Shown here in pieces: positions 53,254 to 64,000 of a DNA stretch of 64,000 nt (position 1 is the first letter of the stretch; the number at the start of each line of letters is the position of its first letter). The stretch is from an uncultured delta proteobacterium (GTDB taxonomy: Bacteria; Desulfobacterota; Syntrophia; Syntrophales; UBA2185): assembly GCA_963695875.1 (NCBI GenBank), contig CAVOID010000004.1, forward strand, positions 64,001 through 128,000, written 5' to 3'. Below the pieces are notes generated by a model that was given only the letters and a program-made list of their open reading frames with translations, made no database searches and was not told the origin of the DNA. Made by a program: the position numbers and the translations under genes.

Positions 53254-56200
53254 ATGGATGTTAGCAGAAGAGGTTTCTTGAAGATCTCCAGTGCGGTCCT
53301 GGCGGCAAGCGGAATAGGCATAAGCCTGAAGCCCGTCTCCGCCCATGCCCAGCCACTGAAGATCAAGTATGCTAAAGAGACCACAACGATTTGTCCTTAC
53401 TGCTCCGTCGGATGCAGCATAATCGTATCCACGCGGGAAGGCAAGGTCATCAACACGGAAGGCGACCCTGACAGCCCCATTAACAAAGGTTCTCTGTGCA
53501 GCAAGGGCGGATCCATCTACCAGATGTCTGTCAACGAAAACCGTCTGGGGAAACCTCTCTATAGAGCACCCAATGCCACGGAATGGAAGGAAGTGGAATG
53601 GGAATGGGCGCTTGAGAAGATTGCAGAAAATGTCAAGAAGAGCCGTGATGCAAGCTTCAAGGTCAAAAACGATAAGGGCGAAATAGTCAACCGCACGGAA
53701 GGTATCGCCTCTGTCGGCAGCGCCGCCATGGATCTCGAGGAGTGTTTCACTTATCAGAAATTCTTAAGGGGGTTGGGTCTGGTCTATATCGAACACCAGG
53801 CCCGTATCTGACACAGCCCAACTGTACCGGCTCTGGCAGAGTCGTTCGGACGCGGCGCAATGACCAATCACTGGGTTGATTTTAAGAATGCTGATGTAAT
53901 TTTGATCATGGGAAGCAACCCCGCTTCCAACCATCCCGTTTCCTTCAAATGGGTACAGGATGCCATGGACAAGAGGGGAGCGAAGGTGATCTGCGTGGAC
54001 CCGAGGTTCACCCAGTCTGCGGCGAAGGCCCATGTCTATGCCCCCATGCGATCGGGGACGGATATCGCCATCCTCGGCGGTATGATCAAGTATATCATCG
54101 AGAACAATCTTTATTTCGAGGAATATGTGAAGAATTACACCAATGCTTCCTTCCTGGTGAATCCCGCTTTTAAACTTCCCGGCGATAACAACGGCGTCTT
54201 TTCCGGCTTGGAAGGCAGTAAGTACAATAAGGATACCTGGTCCTATCAGACGGACGCTGATGGGGTCATCAAGAAGGACCCGAGCCTTCAGGATCCCAAC
54301 TGTGTGTTCCAGCTCCTGAAAAAGCACTATTCCCGTTACACCCTTGATATCGTATCCAGGATAAGCGGGACACCCAAGGATAAGCTGGAAGAAATATATA
54401 AAATATACGGGAGTACCGGAAAACCCGACAAGGCCGGTGTTGAGCTTTACGCCATGGGCTGGACACAGCATACCGTCGGAACGCAGATGATCCGCACCAT
54501 GTGCATCATCCAGCTCCTCCTCGGCAACATGGGCATCGCCGGCGGCGGCGTCGCAGCCATGCGCGGTGAGTCCAATGTTCAGGGCTCCACGGATCATGGC
54601 CTGCTGTTCCATATCTGGCCGGGCTATCTCGGAGCTCCCACGGCTTCTCTGACAGACCCTGAAGGAGTTTAACGAAAAGCGGACACCCACCACAAAGGAG
54701 AAAAACAGCCTGAACTGGTGGAAAAATTTCCCCAAGTACTCCGCCAGTTTCCTGCGGTCCATGTACGGGATGAATGCCACCCTCGAAGAGGCCTATGCCA
54801 TCATGCCCAAACTGGATGACGGCGTCAATTATTCATGGCTCATGATCTTCGACCAGATGTACAAGGGAAAGTTTACCGGCTTCTTCGCCTGGGGCATGAA
54901 CCCGGCCTGCAGCGGCGCCCATTCGAATAAGGTCAGACAGGCCTAGGCAAACTGGACTGGATGGTCAATGTCAATCTCTTCGACAATGAAACCGGTTCGT
55001 TCTGGAGAGGCCCCGGCATGGATCCGACCAAGATCAAGACCGAGGTCTTCATGCTGCCCTGCGCCTCCTCCATCGAGAAGGAAGGAAGCCTCGCCAACAG
55101 CGGCCGTTTGATGCAGTGGCGCTACAAGGCGGTCAATCCCCCCGGAGTGGCCATGCCCGATGGCGACATCATGAGCGAGATCTTCTTCAAGGTCAAAGAA
55201 CTTTACGAAAAGCAGGGCGGCCCCCATAAGGAAGCCATCACGAAGCTCACCTGGCCTTATGGCAAGAAGACACTTTCCGGCCACTTCCACTATGATCCTC
55301 ATATGGTGGCCAAAGAGATCAACGGGTTCTTCCTCGACGGACAAGAAGGTCGAGAATCCCACGAAGAAGGGTGACTTCAAGGAGTTCAAGAAGGGCGACC
55401 CTGTTCCCACATTCGCCTGGCTCCAGGATGACGGTTCCACCTCATCAGGCTGCTGGGTCTACTGCGGTTCCTATGCCGATAAAGGCAATATGACCGCCCG
55501 CCGGGGGCAGAGTGATCCCACCGGTATCGGTCTCTATCCCGAATGGGCCTGGAGCCTGGCCTGTCAACCGCAGAATTATTTACAATGGCGCCTCCGTGGA
55601 TCCGAACGGCAAGCCCTGGGATCCCAAACGTGCTGTCATCACATGGAACGGCGAGAAATGGGTGGGCGATGTACCTGACGGCGTCGGCGATCCCGGTTCG
55701 GGAAGACCGCCATTCATCATGAAGCCGGACGGCGTGGCCAGTCTCTTTGGGCCGGGTCTGGTGGACGGTCCTTTCCCGGAGCATTACGAACCACTCGAAT
55801 GTCCGGTGGAAAAGAATCTCATGTCACCCCAGAAGCACAACCCGGCAATCCGCCGCTTTGACAAACCCGGCGTCGGCTCCGAGATGGATGTTTATTCCGG
55901 TGTTACAGGGTGTGACCCGCGGTTCCCCTTCATTTGCAGTACATATCGCGTCAGCGAACACTGGCAGACGGGTGTGCTGACGAGATGGTGCCCGTGGCTG
56001 GCGGAGATGCAGCCGGGCATGTTTGTGGAGATGAGCGTTGAATTGGCCAGGGAAAAGGAGATTAAAAATGGCGAGAAGGTGATCGTAAAATCCGCCCGTG
56101 GTGAAGTTGAGGCTACGGCCATTGTCACGCCAAGATTTAAACCTTTCAATATCGATGGCAACATTATTCACGAAGTGGGTATTCCCTGGCACTTCGGTTG

Positions 56201-56374
56201 GATCACTCAGGCAAGGCCGAAGAAGCACATATAGCAAGATAGACAAAAAGCCTGAGGTATTTACCTACGGCGATGCGGCCAATCTGCTGACGCCGACCAT
56301 CGGCGACGCCAATACCATGATACCGGAGAGCAAGGCCTTCATGGTCAATGTGGTGAAGAAGGGGGTGAAGATAA
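53254..56374 (+). CDS. fdnG: Formate dehydrogenase-N-type alpha subunit, selenocysteine-containing (several frameshifts; 3' end approximate)
   Basis: Tat signal SRRGFLK, CPYCSVGC, HQARI-UGA(53809)-HSPTV, RGESNVQG, PEHYEP.E and ANLLTP..GDANT.IPE.KAF. Confidence 0.92.
53812..53855 (+). other. Bacterial SECIS-like hairpin 3' of the Sec UGA
   Basis: GGCTCT-GGC-AGAGTC at 53829-53843 just downstream of the in-frame TGA. Confidence 0.7.
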
Positions 56375-57170
56375 ATGGCAGAAAAAATAAAACTCTTCGA
56401 TACATCAAAATGTACCGGCTGCCGCAGCTGCCAGTTGGCCTGCAAGCAGTGGAATCAATTGCAGGCAAAGCAGACAAGGCATAGGGGAACTTATCAGAAT
56501 CCACCGGATCTTCAGCCGAACACCTACCTTATCATGAGATTTCAGGAGATGGCGGATCCCAAGGCCGGAGTTAAATGGTTTTTCCGGCATCATGCCTGCA
56601 TGCACTGCACCGATGCGGCCTGCGTGAAGGTATGCCCGTCAGGAGCTCTTTACTATACGGATATGAAAACCGTCGGTCTGAATCGTAGTATATGCATCGC
56701 CTGCAAGGAATGCATCTCGGCCTGTCCCTTTGATATTCCGAGATACGATGACAAAGACCGATAAAATCTATAAGTGCGATATGTGTGAAAGCAGGATTTA
56801 CAATAATATGGAGCCTGCCTGCGCCAAGGCCTGTCCTACGGGCGCTCTCGTCTGGGGGGACAAGGATCGTTTGATCAAAGCGGCCTATAAAAGGGCAAAG
56901 GATCTTGGCGGTACAGCCAATGTCTACGGGGATAAATTCGTAGATAGCACTCATCTGGTTTACGTGCTTCAGGAAAATCCGGCTGTTTATTCTGCCCTCC
57001 CCACTAATCCGGCAGTGCCTCTCTCTATCGTTCTCTGGAAGGATGTGCTGAAACCATTGAGTCTGCTTGCGGCAGGCGGCGTGCTGGCGGGATCGTTCCT
57101 GCATTATATCATCCACGGGCCGAAGACCCCTGATGAGAACGGCGCGGAAAAGAAGGAAGGGGGTAAATAA
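56375..57170 (+). CDS. fdnH: Formate dehydrogenase Fe-S beta subunit (frameshift near 56755)
   Basis: CTGCRSCQLACK.WN, CMHC...C..VCP, CIACKEC..ACPF, KCDMC..R and PAC.KACP; C-terminal TM helix. Confidence 0.9.
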
Positions 57171-57172
57171 TC

Positions 57173-57837
57173 ATGAAGAAAGGATTAATTCAGGCAACAG
57201 ATTGGTATGAGAGATTAGTTCACTGGATGCTGGCGCTTTCCTGCCTGTTCCTGTGTATTACGGGACTGGCGATGATGTTTCATTCCTTCAACTCTATTGC
57301 GAACCTCATGGGCGGACTCAGGCTACTGAAATATCTGCACAACTTTACGGGTCTTTTCTTCGGCTTGGCCCTTCTTCTCGCCATTAAGATGTGGTGGCAT
57401 GAGGCGGGCGTATTTTCCATGCCGGAGGATCTGGAATGGATAAAGGTCGCCGGAGGCTATCTCTGGCATGTGGATCAGGTTCCCGAGGTAGGGAAATACA
57501 ATCCCGGTCAGAAGATGTTCTTCCTGGCCGTGGCCATCTTCGGCGTGATCATGGTGATTACGGGACTGATCATGTGGTTTCCCTCTGATGTTCCCCGCGT
57601 GGCTCGTGCGATGGCTGTTTGTGCTCCATGCCCTGGGGTTCGTGGTGATCTTACCGTTTTTCTTTGTGCATCTCTATCTGGGGACCATCGGTTCTCCCGG
57701 TTCCGCCCGTGCGATGTTCGACGGGCTGGGTTACGAGGGCCTGGCTGAAGAAGCAGCATCCCAAGTGGTTGAAGGAGATGGAAGAAGAGGGGACGCTTGT
57801 GGTTTCCGGCGAGGAGAAGAGCACACTGATATATTGA
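57173..57837 (+). CDS. fdnI: Formate dehydrogenase cytochrome b gamma subunit (frameshifted)
   Basis: ERLVHW, LHNFTG, GKYNPGQK, LHALG..VHLY and KQHPKW motifs. Confidence 0.88.
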
Positions 57838-57856
57838 TAAATTTAGAAGTGTACTG

Positions 57857-57893
57857 AAAGAGCGCTGTCCATTCCGGGCAGCGCTCTTTTTTT
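57857..57893 (+). terminator. Intrinsic terminator after fdnI
   Basis: AAAGAGCGCTGTCC-ATTCC-GGGCAGCGCTCTTTTTTT. Confidence 0.88.
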
Positions 57894-57913
57894 CGTCTTC
57901 AAATAACAGGAAG

Positions 57914-57965
57914 TGTCGGACGAGACGCCCAACTACGCAATAGTAGGACAGGCGTCCCGCCTGTC
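57914..57965. repeat. Pair of GTAG-type REP-like palindromes
   Basis: GTAGGACAGGCGTCCCGCCTGTC, with GTAGTTGGGCGTCTCGTCCGAC on the opposite strand; a related copy lies near 41707-41727. Confidence 0.6.
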
Positions 57966-58000
57966 TTCAGTATTAGTATCTACTTGTGTAAGCTCGCGTT

Positions 58001-58104
58001 GTGTCATTTCGACCGCAGGGAGAAATCCTTGTCCTGACCTCAGGGAGGGATCTATTCAATGATATTATAGATTTCTCAGTCACTCCGTTCCTTCGAAATG
58101 ACAC
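58001..58104. repeat. Palindromic element with 12-bp inverted ends
   Basis: GTGTCATTTCGA...GAGAAATC...GATTTCTC...TCGAAATGACAC. Confidence 0.8.
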
Positions 58105-58300
58105 CTTTTTCTGCAGGTTGGTACTAACGAATAGAGTTTATCTTTGATTCTCTTGATGATTCAGAATTAAGAAATAGTCGATCTGCGAAAAGAGTTTGAC
58201 TCTGACCGCTGTTCTCTGGCATAAAAAAAAGTATATGCACGCCGTATCTGACGGATGAGACCCTTGCATAACGCGCCTACAAATTCCTTTTTTTATCTCC

Positions 58301-58445
58301 ACCATTCAGGGACCTTTTAGGTCATAGTAATGTGAAGACCACACAACGCTTCTGTCGGATATCAAACCTGAAAGTGCAGAGGGATTACTTCAATGCGATG
58401 GAGGTGATTATGCTACGAACGGTTGGCAACCCAGATAATCCTTGA
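58301..58445 (+). pseudogene. Tyrosine recombinase C-terminal remnant
   Basis: (T)IQ/DLLGHSNVKTTQRFCRISNLKVQRDY..AMEV: box II LLGH, with Phe at the catalytic Tyr position; upstream part missing. Confidence 0.75.
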
Positions 58446-59140
58446 CGAAAGAACAAAAATATGAAACCTTAAACAACATCTAACACATTAACATCAATAA
58501 GAAAATCAGATTATATTACGTATAGCAAATACAAATCGTGACAGTCTTCCAATCGATAGATTTGCTTAATGCCAGTTGAAAGACACAAGGTTTAAGCAGT
58601 TCAATTATTCCTTAAGGGAAAATATTCCTGTCTTCCCGAAATGGTCATATTAGGATTTTCCGTAAAGATACACGTTTTCAAACGGTAATTATTGTTGACT
58701 GTTATTGGCTTATTTCTTAACGACAGCAACGAGATATTCCAGACTTTGAGTGGCAATCAAAGATATATTCTCTGGCCACCCACTTTGCCGTTGACAAATT
58801 ATTGTTTTCTACTATAGTTAATCGAGAATTGCTTGTTCTTACCCTGTTTATCTCATCTATTCCAGCTGTACGTTAGTCCTCCTGACACTCACTTACTTCT
58901 TGATTATCAAACTGTCGTTGCAATTGCAGTAAAATGCCCTCTTATTCTTTGATGAACACAAATCAATAATCGGAAGGGGGATCAAATGACGACATCAACA
59001 ATAAACAGAAATTCTATAATCTCCCGCAAACAGAACTCCGCCTGGCGAAACTGGTGAAGGAGCAATACGGCCCTTATATAGGCAGGTATCGATGAAATTC
59101 GTGTCATTTGCGGCAAAAAACTCGACGAGGAGGTGTTGAG

Positions 59141-59449
59141 ATGGCATTGAAAGCAGCATTTATTTTCTTGGCGCCGGACGTGGACCCGGCGAAGCATCGA
59201 TCCACAGTGGTGACGCCTGCCGTGGAATTGACGGCGATCGCGGCCCGTAACTATGCCGAGGCGGAGAAGGTAGCCCAGGGACTGGTGGCTGAAGGCGTGC
59301 AGGCGATCGAGTTGTGCGGCGGGTTCGGCAATGTAGGGACGGCCCGGATCGTCAAGGCGGTCGCCGGCAAGGCGGCTGTTGGGGCAGTTCGCTTCGATGG
59401 ACACCCCGGGCTGGGGGGCAAAAGCGGCGATGAGCTGTTTGAAGGATAA
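59141..59449 (+). CDS. Small conserved protein (DUF6506-like)
   Basis: GGAGG RBS; KAAFIF.AP..DP and EGVQAIELCGGFG motifs. Confidence 0.75.
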   Translation: MALKAAFIFLAPDVDPAKHRSTVVTPAVELTAIAARNYAEAEKVAQGLVAEGVQAIELCGGFGNVGTARIVKAVAGKAAVGAVRFDGHPGLGGKSGDELFEG

Positions 59450-59459
59450 ATAGCGTGGC

Positions 59460-59615
59460 GAGGGTCTGAAAGAGTACTCGGAGCTGATAACACTTGGGGG
59501 TCTGGTGGAGACCCTGGAAGACTTGGCCTGCATTGTCTCCTACCTGGTGTCGAGCGATGCTGACTGTATGACGGGTCAGTAGGTCCTGATCAACGGTGTA
59601 ATTGTTATGGTTTAA
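59460..59615 (+). pseudogene. C-terminal remnant of a short-chain dehydrogenase (acetoin/diacetyl reductase-like)
   Basis: EYSELITLG..VET.EDLA..VSYLVS.DAD.MTGQ*VLING.IVMV* with an in-frame TAG at 59580. Confidence 0.7.
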
Positions 59616-59821
59616 GAGGTTTTTGAATGAAGAACCCGGTCAGTCTTTATCTAATTTCAGGACAGAGACTGATCAGGACGAGCTTAATAAAACAAGGAGG
59701 TAGATGTCACATAAAGAAAATATATCTAAAATAAATTCGTGGACTTGATTACTTATACCACCCCGGTCTGGGTGGGAAGAGCTGATAAGATGAACTTTTA
59801 TAGAAAGAAAGGAGGCAAACT

Positions 59822-60790
59822 ATGGCTGAAATCACCAAGGACAAACTGCTCTGGATCTATGAACGTATGCGGCTTATCCGCGAGTTCGAAAACCGGGCAG
59901 CCGCGTTGTTTGCTCAGGGCAAAGTGCCGGGTTTTGTGCACCTGTACGCCGGCCAAGAGGCCATCGCCGTCGGGGTATGCGCCCTCCTGAGCGACCGCGA
60001 TTACATCACTTCGACGCATCGCGGCCACGGCCACTGCATCGCCAAGGGTGTGGACATCAAGGAGATGATGTGCGAGCTGTACGGAAAAAAGAACGGCTCA
60101 TGCAAAGGTAAGGGCGGCTCGATGCACATCGCCGATGTAGACAAAGGCATGTTGGGCGCAAACGGGATCGTCGGCGCAGGCGGCCCGTTGGCCTGTGGCG
60201 CGGGCCTGACGGCCAAGGTCAAAAAAACGGATCAGGTGACCATCTGCTTCTTTGGCGACGGCGCCGCCGAGCAGGGCACGATGCACGAGGCAATGAACCT
60301 GGCGGCCATCTGGAAGCTGCCGGTTATCTTTGTCTGCGAAAACAACGGCTATGCCCAAACGACGCCATCGTGTTACCACTGCTCCGCCGTTGACATTGCC
60401 GACCGGGCGACGGCTTACAACATGCCGGGCTTCGGTGTGGACGGCACCGACCTGTTCGCCGTCTATGAAGCCGCCGATGAAGCCATCGCGCGGGCGCGGC
60501 GCGGTGAGGGGCCAACGCTCATCGAGTGCAAAGCTTTCCGCTACTATGGTCACTTCGAGGGCGATAACCTAAGCTATTTCACAGAAGAGGAAAGGGCCGG
60601 GCAAAAGACGCGCGACCCGATTGACAAGTTCACCAAGCGCGTGACCGAGCGCAAACTGCTGTCGGAAGCCGAGCTGGCCAAAATTGACGCCCGCGCCAAG
60701 GTGGTCCTTGACGAGGCCGTCCAATTAGCCGAGCAATCGCCTTATCCAGCCCTGGAAGAGGTCCTGACAGACGTTTATGTAAGCTACTAG
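59822..60790 (+). CDS. acoA: Acetoin dehydrogenase E1 alpha subunit (TPP-dependent)
   Basis: GFVHLYAGQEA, STHRGHGH, GGSMH, FFGDGA, ENN.Y and RYYGHFEGD motifs. Confidence 0.9.
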   Translation: MAEITKDKLLWIYERMRLIREFENRAAALFAQGKVPGFVHLYAGQEAIAVGVCALLSDRDYITSTHRGHGHCIAKGVDIKEMMCELYGKKNGSCKGKGGSMHIADVDKGMLGANGIVGAGGPLACGAGLTAKVKKTDQVTICFFGDGAAEQGTMHEAMNLAAIWKLPVIFVCENNGYAQTTPSCYHCSAVDIADRATAYNMPGFGVDGTDLFAVYEAADEAIARARRGEGPTLIECKAFRYYGHFEGDNLSYFTEEERAGQKTRDPIDKFTKRVTERKLLSEAELAKIDARAKVVLDEAVQLAEQSPYPALEEVLTDVYVSY

Positions 60791-60801
60791 GAGGTGTTGT
60801 C

Positions 60802-61821
60802 ATGACTACCCGAACTATTACTTACCGTGAAGCAATCAATGAGGCCATGCGGCTGGAAATGCGCCGTGATTTCAATGTGATTCTGATGGGCGAGGACGTG
60901 GCAGGAGGCGCGTCCACTCACCTGGAGGAAAAGGGAGAGGAAGCGTGGGGCGGTGACCTGGGCGTCACCAAGGGCCTCGTCCAGGAGTTTGGCCGGATGC
61001 GCGTGTTCGACACACCCATCAGTGAATCGTCGTTCATCGGCGCGGCCGTCGGCGCGGCTTCCACCGGTCTGCGCCCCATCGCCGAGTTGATGTTTGTAGA
61101 CTTTTTAGGCGTATGCCTGGATCAGATTTTCAACCAAGGCGGCAAGATGCGCTACATGTTCGGCGGCAAGGCCAAGGTGCCGATGGTGATCCGCACGCTG
61201 TACGGCGCCGGCTTTCGCGCAGCCGCCCAGCATTCGGCTGTGCTTTATTCGGTTTTTACACACATGCCGGGCCTCAAGGTCGTCGCGCCCTCAACACCAT
61301 ACAATGCCAAGGGCCTGCTCATGGCGGCCATCCGCGACGACGACCCGGTGATTTACATGGAACATCTTGTACTGCTCGACTCGTCGGGACCGGTGCCTGA
61401 GGGCGAATATATCGTCCCGCTCGGCAAGGCCGAGATCGCCCGCACCGGCAAGGACGTGACCCTGGTCGCCATCGGCCGCATGAGGCTGTTTGCCCTGCAA
61501 GCGGCAGAAGCTCTGGCGAAGGACGGTATTGACGTCGAAGTTGTTGACCCACAGAGTCTCTCACCGCTGGACGAAAGCACCATTCTCGAATCGGTCAAAA
61601 AGACTCACCGTCTGGTGGTCGTGGACGAGAGCAATCCGCGCTGCAGTGTTGCCAATGACATTGTCACGCTGGCCGCTCAGCAGGCATTTGCCTACCTGGA
61701 CTCGGCGCCGCGAACGGTCACTGCACCACACACACCGGTGCCATTCAGCCCGCCGCTGGAGGATGCCTACATCCCCAGCCCGGCCAAGATCGTTGCCGCT
61801 GTCAAGGCGGCTGTCGCATAA
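60802..61821 (+). CDS. acoB: Acetoin dehydrogenase E1 beta subunit
   Basis: MGEDVAGG, DTPISE, ELMFVDF, AAQHS and PVPFSP.LE motifs. Confidence 0.9.
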   Translation: MTTRTITYREAINEAMRLEMRRDFNVILMGEDVAGGASTHLEEKGEEAWGGDLGVTKGLVQEFGRMRVFDTPISESSFIGAAVGAASTGLRPIAELMFVDFLGVCLDQIFNQGGKMRYMFGGKAKVPMVIRTLYGAGFRAAAQHSAVLYSVFTHMPGLKVVAPSTPYNAKGLLMAAIRDDDPVIYMEHLVLLDSSGPVPEGEYIVPLGKAEIARTGKDVTLVAIGRMRLFALQAAEALAKDGIDVEVVDPQSLSPLDESTILESVKKTHRLVVVDESNPRCSVANDIVTLAAQQAFAYLDSAPRTVTAPHTPVPFSPPLEDAYIPSPAKIVAAVKAAVA

Positions 61822-62016
61822 CCATGGTTGTCACTCGGCTATCAGTTTTGACCAACGACGCATGAATCAGGCTGATAGCTGAGTGCTTTTAAGGGCAGCA
61901 CCGCCCAAGCAACTCATGTTTTCATAAGACTTGCGTGGAGACATTTGAAAGCTCCGGATGTACTCTACGGAGCGGAGCATTGTAAAGAGAACTTTAACTA
62001 TGAAGAAAGACACTCC

Positions 62017-63024
62017 ATGTCGCATGTAGGAATCATCGCCAACCCGGCTTCCGGTAAGGACATCCGCCGCCTGGTCGCCCATGCGTCGGTGTTCAATAAC
62101 AACGAAAAGGTCAACATTCTGCAGCGGGTGCTGCTGGCTCTGGACGCCATCGGCATTGATCGGGTGAGCATCATGCCCGATTACTATGGCATCGGAGAAA
62201 GGGCGTTGGATGGCTTGAGACTGTCCTCGCTGCGCGCCGGCATTCTGGATATGCCGATGACATCAACCGAAGATGATTCGATTGCGGCGGCAAAGCAGCT
62301 GAGTGAAATGAATGTCGGCAGCATCGTGGTTTTGGGCGGCGACGGCACTAACCGCGTCGTGGGAAAAGGCAGCGGCTGCGTTCCCATCGTGACGATCTCT
62401 ACCGGCACGAATAACGTCTTTCCGGTGATGGTCGAAGGCACCGTCGCGGGGATGGCCGCCGGATTAGTCGCGCTGGGCGCAGTGGATGCGGAGGCAGTGA
62501 CTTATCAAGCCAAGCGGCTGGAAGTGTATATTGACGGCAAGCTGGCGGACATTGCGCTGGTGGACGTACTGGCCAGTTCTGATCTGTGGATTGCCGCGCG
62601 GGCCATCTGGGACCACAGCCATATCCAGGAAATTGTCCTGGCGCGCGCAGATCCGGGCAGCATCGGCCTGTCTTCGGTCGGCAGCTGCTTTCAGGCGTTG
62701 AGCGCCCGCGATGGGTATGGGATGTACCTGGCGCTCGGCCACGGCGGCACACAGGTGCTCGCCCCAATAGGGCCGGGATTGGTTACGCGAGTCCCTATTC
62801 GGGAACACCATCTGGTGCCTGTGGGGGGCACGGTGACACTGAGTTCCGATCCCCGCACCATTGCCCTCGATGGCGAGCGCTCTATAGAGGTATACGGCAC
62901 GCGGACGATCACCGTCCAACTGACAAATAACGGCCCCCGCGTCGTGGATATTGCCCGCTGCATGGAAGAAGCCACCCGCTGCGGAGTTTTTCAACGGCTT
63001 GGCAACTCGAAAGAGAGGGATTGA
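62017..63024 (+). CDS. acoX: Acetoin catabolism protein X (NAD kinase-like)
   Basis: VGIIANPASGKDIRRLVA, LGGDGTNR, STGTNNVFP and ALDGER motifs. Confidence 0.88.
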   Translation: MSHVGIIANPASGKDIRRLVAHASVFNNNEKVNILQRVLLALDAIGIDRVSIMPDYYGIGERALDGLRLSSLRAGILDMPMTSTEDDSIAAAKQLSEMNVGSIVVLGGDGTNRVVGKGSGCVPIVTISTGTNNVFPVMVEGTVAGMAAGLVALGAVDAEAVTYQAKRLEVYIDGKLADIALVDVLASSDLWIAARAIWDHSHIQEIVLARADPGSIGLSSVGSCFQALSARDGYGMYLALGHGGTQVLAPIGPGLVTRVPIREHHLVPVGGTVTLSSDPRTIALDGERSIEVYGTRTITVQLTNNGPRVVDIARCMEEATRCGVFQRLGNSKERD

Positions 63025-63027
63025 TCT

Positions 63028-64000
63028 GTGGCGATTAAGATAATCATGCCCAAGTTAGGCATGGCGATGACCGAAGGAATTGTCGCCAAGTGGAACAAGC
63101 GTGACGGCGACTGGGTGAACAAGGACGAAGAGATCGCCGTCGTGATGAGCAAAAAGATCACTTACAAGCTCAAAGCGCCTGAGGCGGGCGTGCTGCGCAT
63201 CATTGTCAGGGAGAAAGAAACGCGGCCCATAAACTCAGTCCTCGCTTTCATCACTGCGGAAGGCGAGCCGGTCCCGGCAGTCGATGATGTCGCTCCGGCA
63301 GCAGCCGCTGCGGCAGTGACGACTGCGGCTTCCACTCCGGCCGCTCCGCCACCGGCCAAGCCCGGCTTTGTGTTGGCTTCCCCGGCTGCTCGCCGACTGG
63401 CAAAGGAGAAGTGCATTGACTTGGCTCAAGTGAAGGCCACTGGGCCCGATAGCATGGTGACCGAGGTAGACGTAACGCGCTTTATCGAAGAAATTGCTCA
63501 ATCCGCCTCGGTGCTGGCGACCCCGGTTGCCCGTAAGCTCGCCGAGCAGCGCGGGCTGAAACTGGCCGATATCCCCGGCACCGGCATCGGCGGACGGATC
63601 ACCGAGCAGGATGTTCTGGACTTTGAAGCGCAGGCTAAAGCCCCATCAGCGGCCACGCCTGCAGCCCGCATCATCCCGTTCGTCGGAATGCGCCAGGCCA
63701 TCGCCGAACACATGGTCGAGAGCCTGCACAACATGGCTCAACTGACCATGATGATGGAAGTGGATGTCACCGACCTGGTCAGGTTGCGCGAGCAGGTCAA
63801 GGCCGATTTTGATGTGACATACACTGATTTAGCCGGTCAAGGCCGTAGCCAAGACGCTCAAGCTTCATCCGATGCTGAACGCGACGCTTATCGGCGACGA
63901 GGTTCATCAGACTCGAATCCATTCACATCGGCGTCGCCGTGGCGCTGCAAGATGGGCTGATTGTCCCCGTTGTGCGCGACGCCGACAAGCGGACAGTACA
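63028..64000 (+). CDS. acoC: Dihydrolipoamide acetyltransferase E2 (runs off the window; frameshift near 63830)
   Basis: MPKLG..MTEG lipoyl domain, two E1/E3-binding repeats, MRQAIAEHM and GLIVPVVRDAD. Confidence 0.88.

Noticed and set aside
54944..54946. In-frame TAG in fdnG as pyrrolysine or readthrough
   Set aside because: The downstream sequence continues in another frame; restoring one C (GCC CTA GGC AAA CTG) gives a normal ALGKLDW.
59000..59095. LuxR HTH remnant (FYNLPQTELRLAKLVKE)
   Set aside because: The resemblance covers only about 17 residues, too short to support.

Overview
This looks like 64 kb of chromosome from an anaerobic deltaproteobacterium (Syntrophales/Desulfobacterota-like, inferred from gene content and repeat families). 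Single-base indels break many genes, including essential ones (dnaX, recR, tadA, carB), so these are most likely long-read assembly errors. In order, the window holds: a cereblon-like gene; a cobalamin riboswitch with cobC-cobU-cobT-cobS-cbiB; a PAS-LuxR regulator, an MFS transporter, an aminotransferase, a NodIJ-like ABC pair and cobO; an M24 peptidase, DUF2284 and a beta-CASP hydrolase; tadA, two tRNA-Ser, ffs, dnaX, ybaB and recR; a porCDAB operon joined to a NuoE/F/G-like (HydCBA/Bfu-type) module with no catalytic subunit; HDOD, CBS and ArsB/NhaD genes; carB; larEBC; an amidase; NikR-boxed ECF T/A genes; a ModE-like regulator, a Moco riboswitch and a selenocysteine formate dehydrogenase (fdnGHI); and a GC-richer acoABXC block behind an integrase scar. 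The best candidates for new biology are the Por-Bfu type complex, tandem NrdR boxes with no ribonucleotide reductase gene behind them, a Ni-type ECF module lacking its S-component but facing a His-bearing membrane protein, and a structured 88-bp tandem array behind ffs. All calls come from reading motifs by eye; no searches were run.
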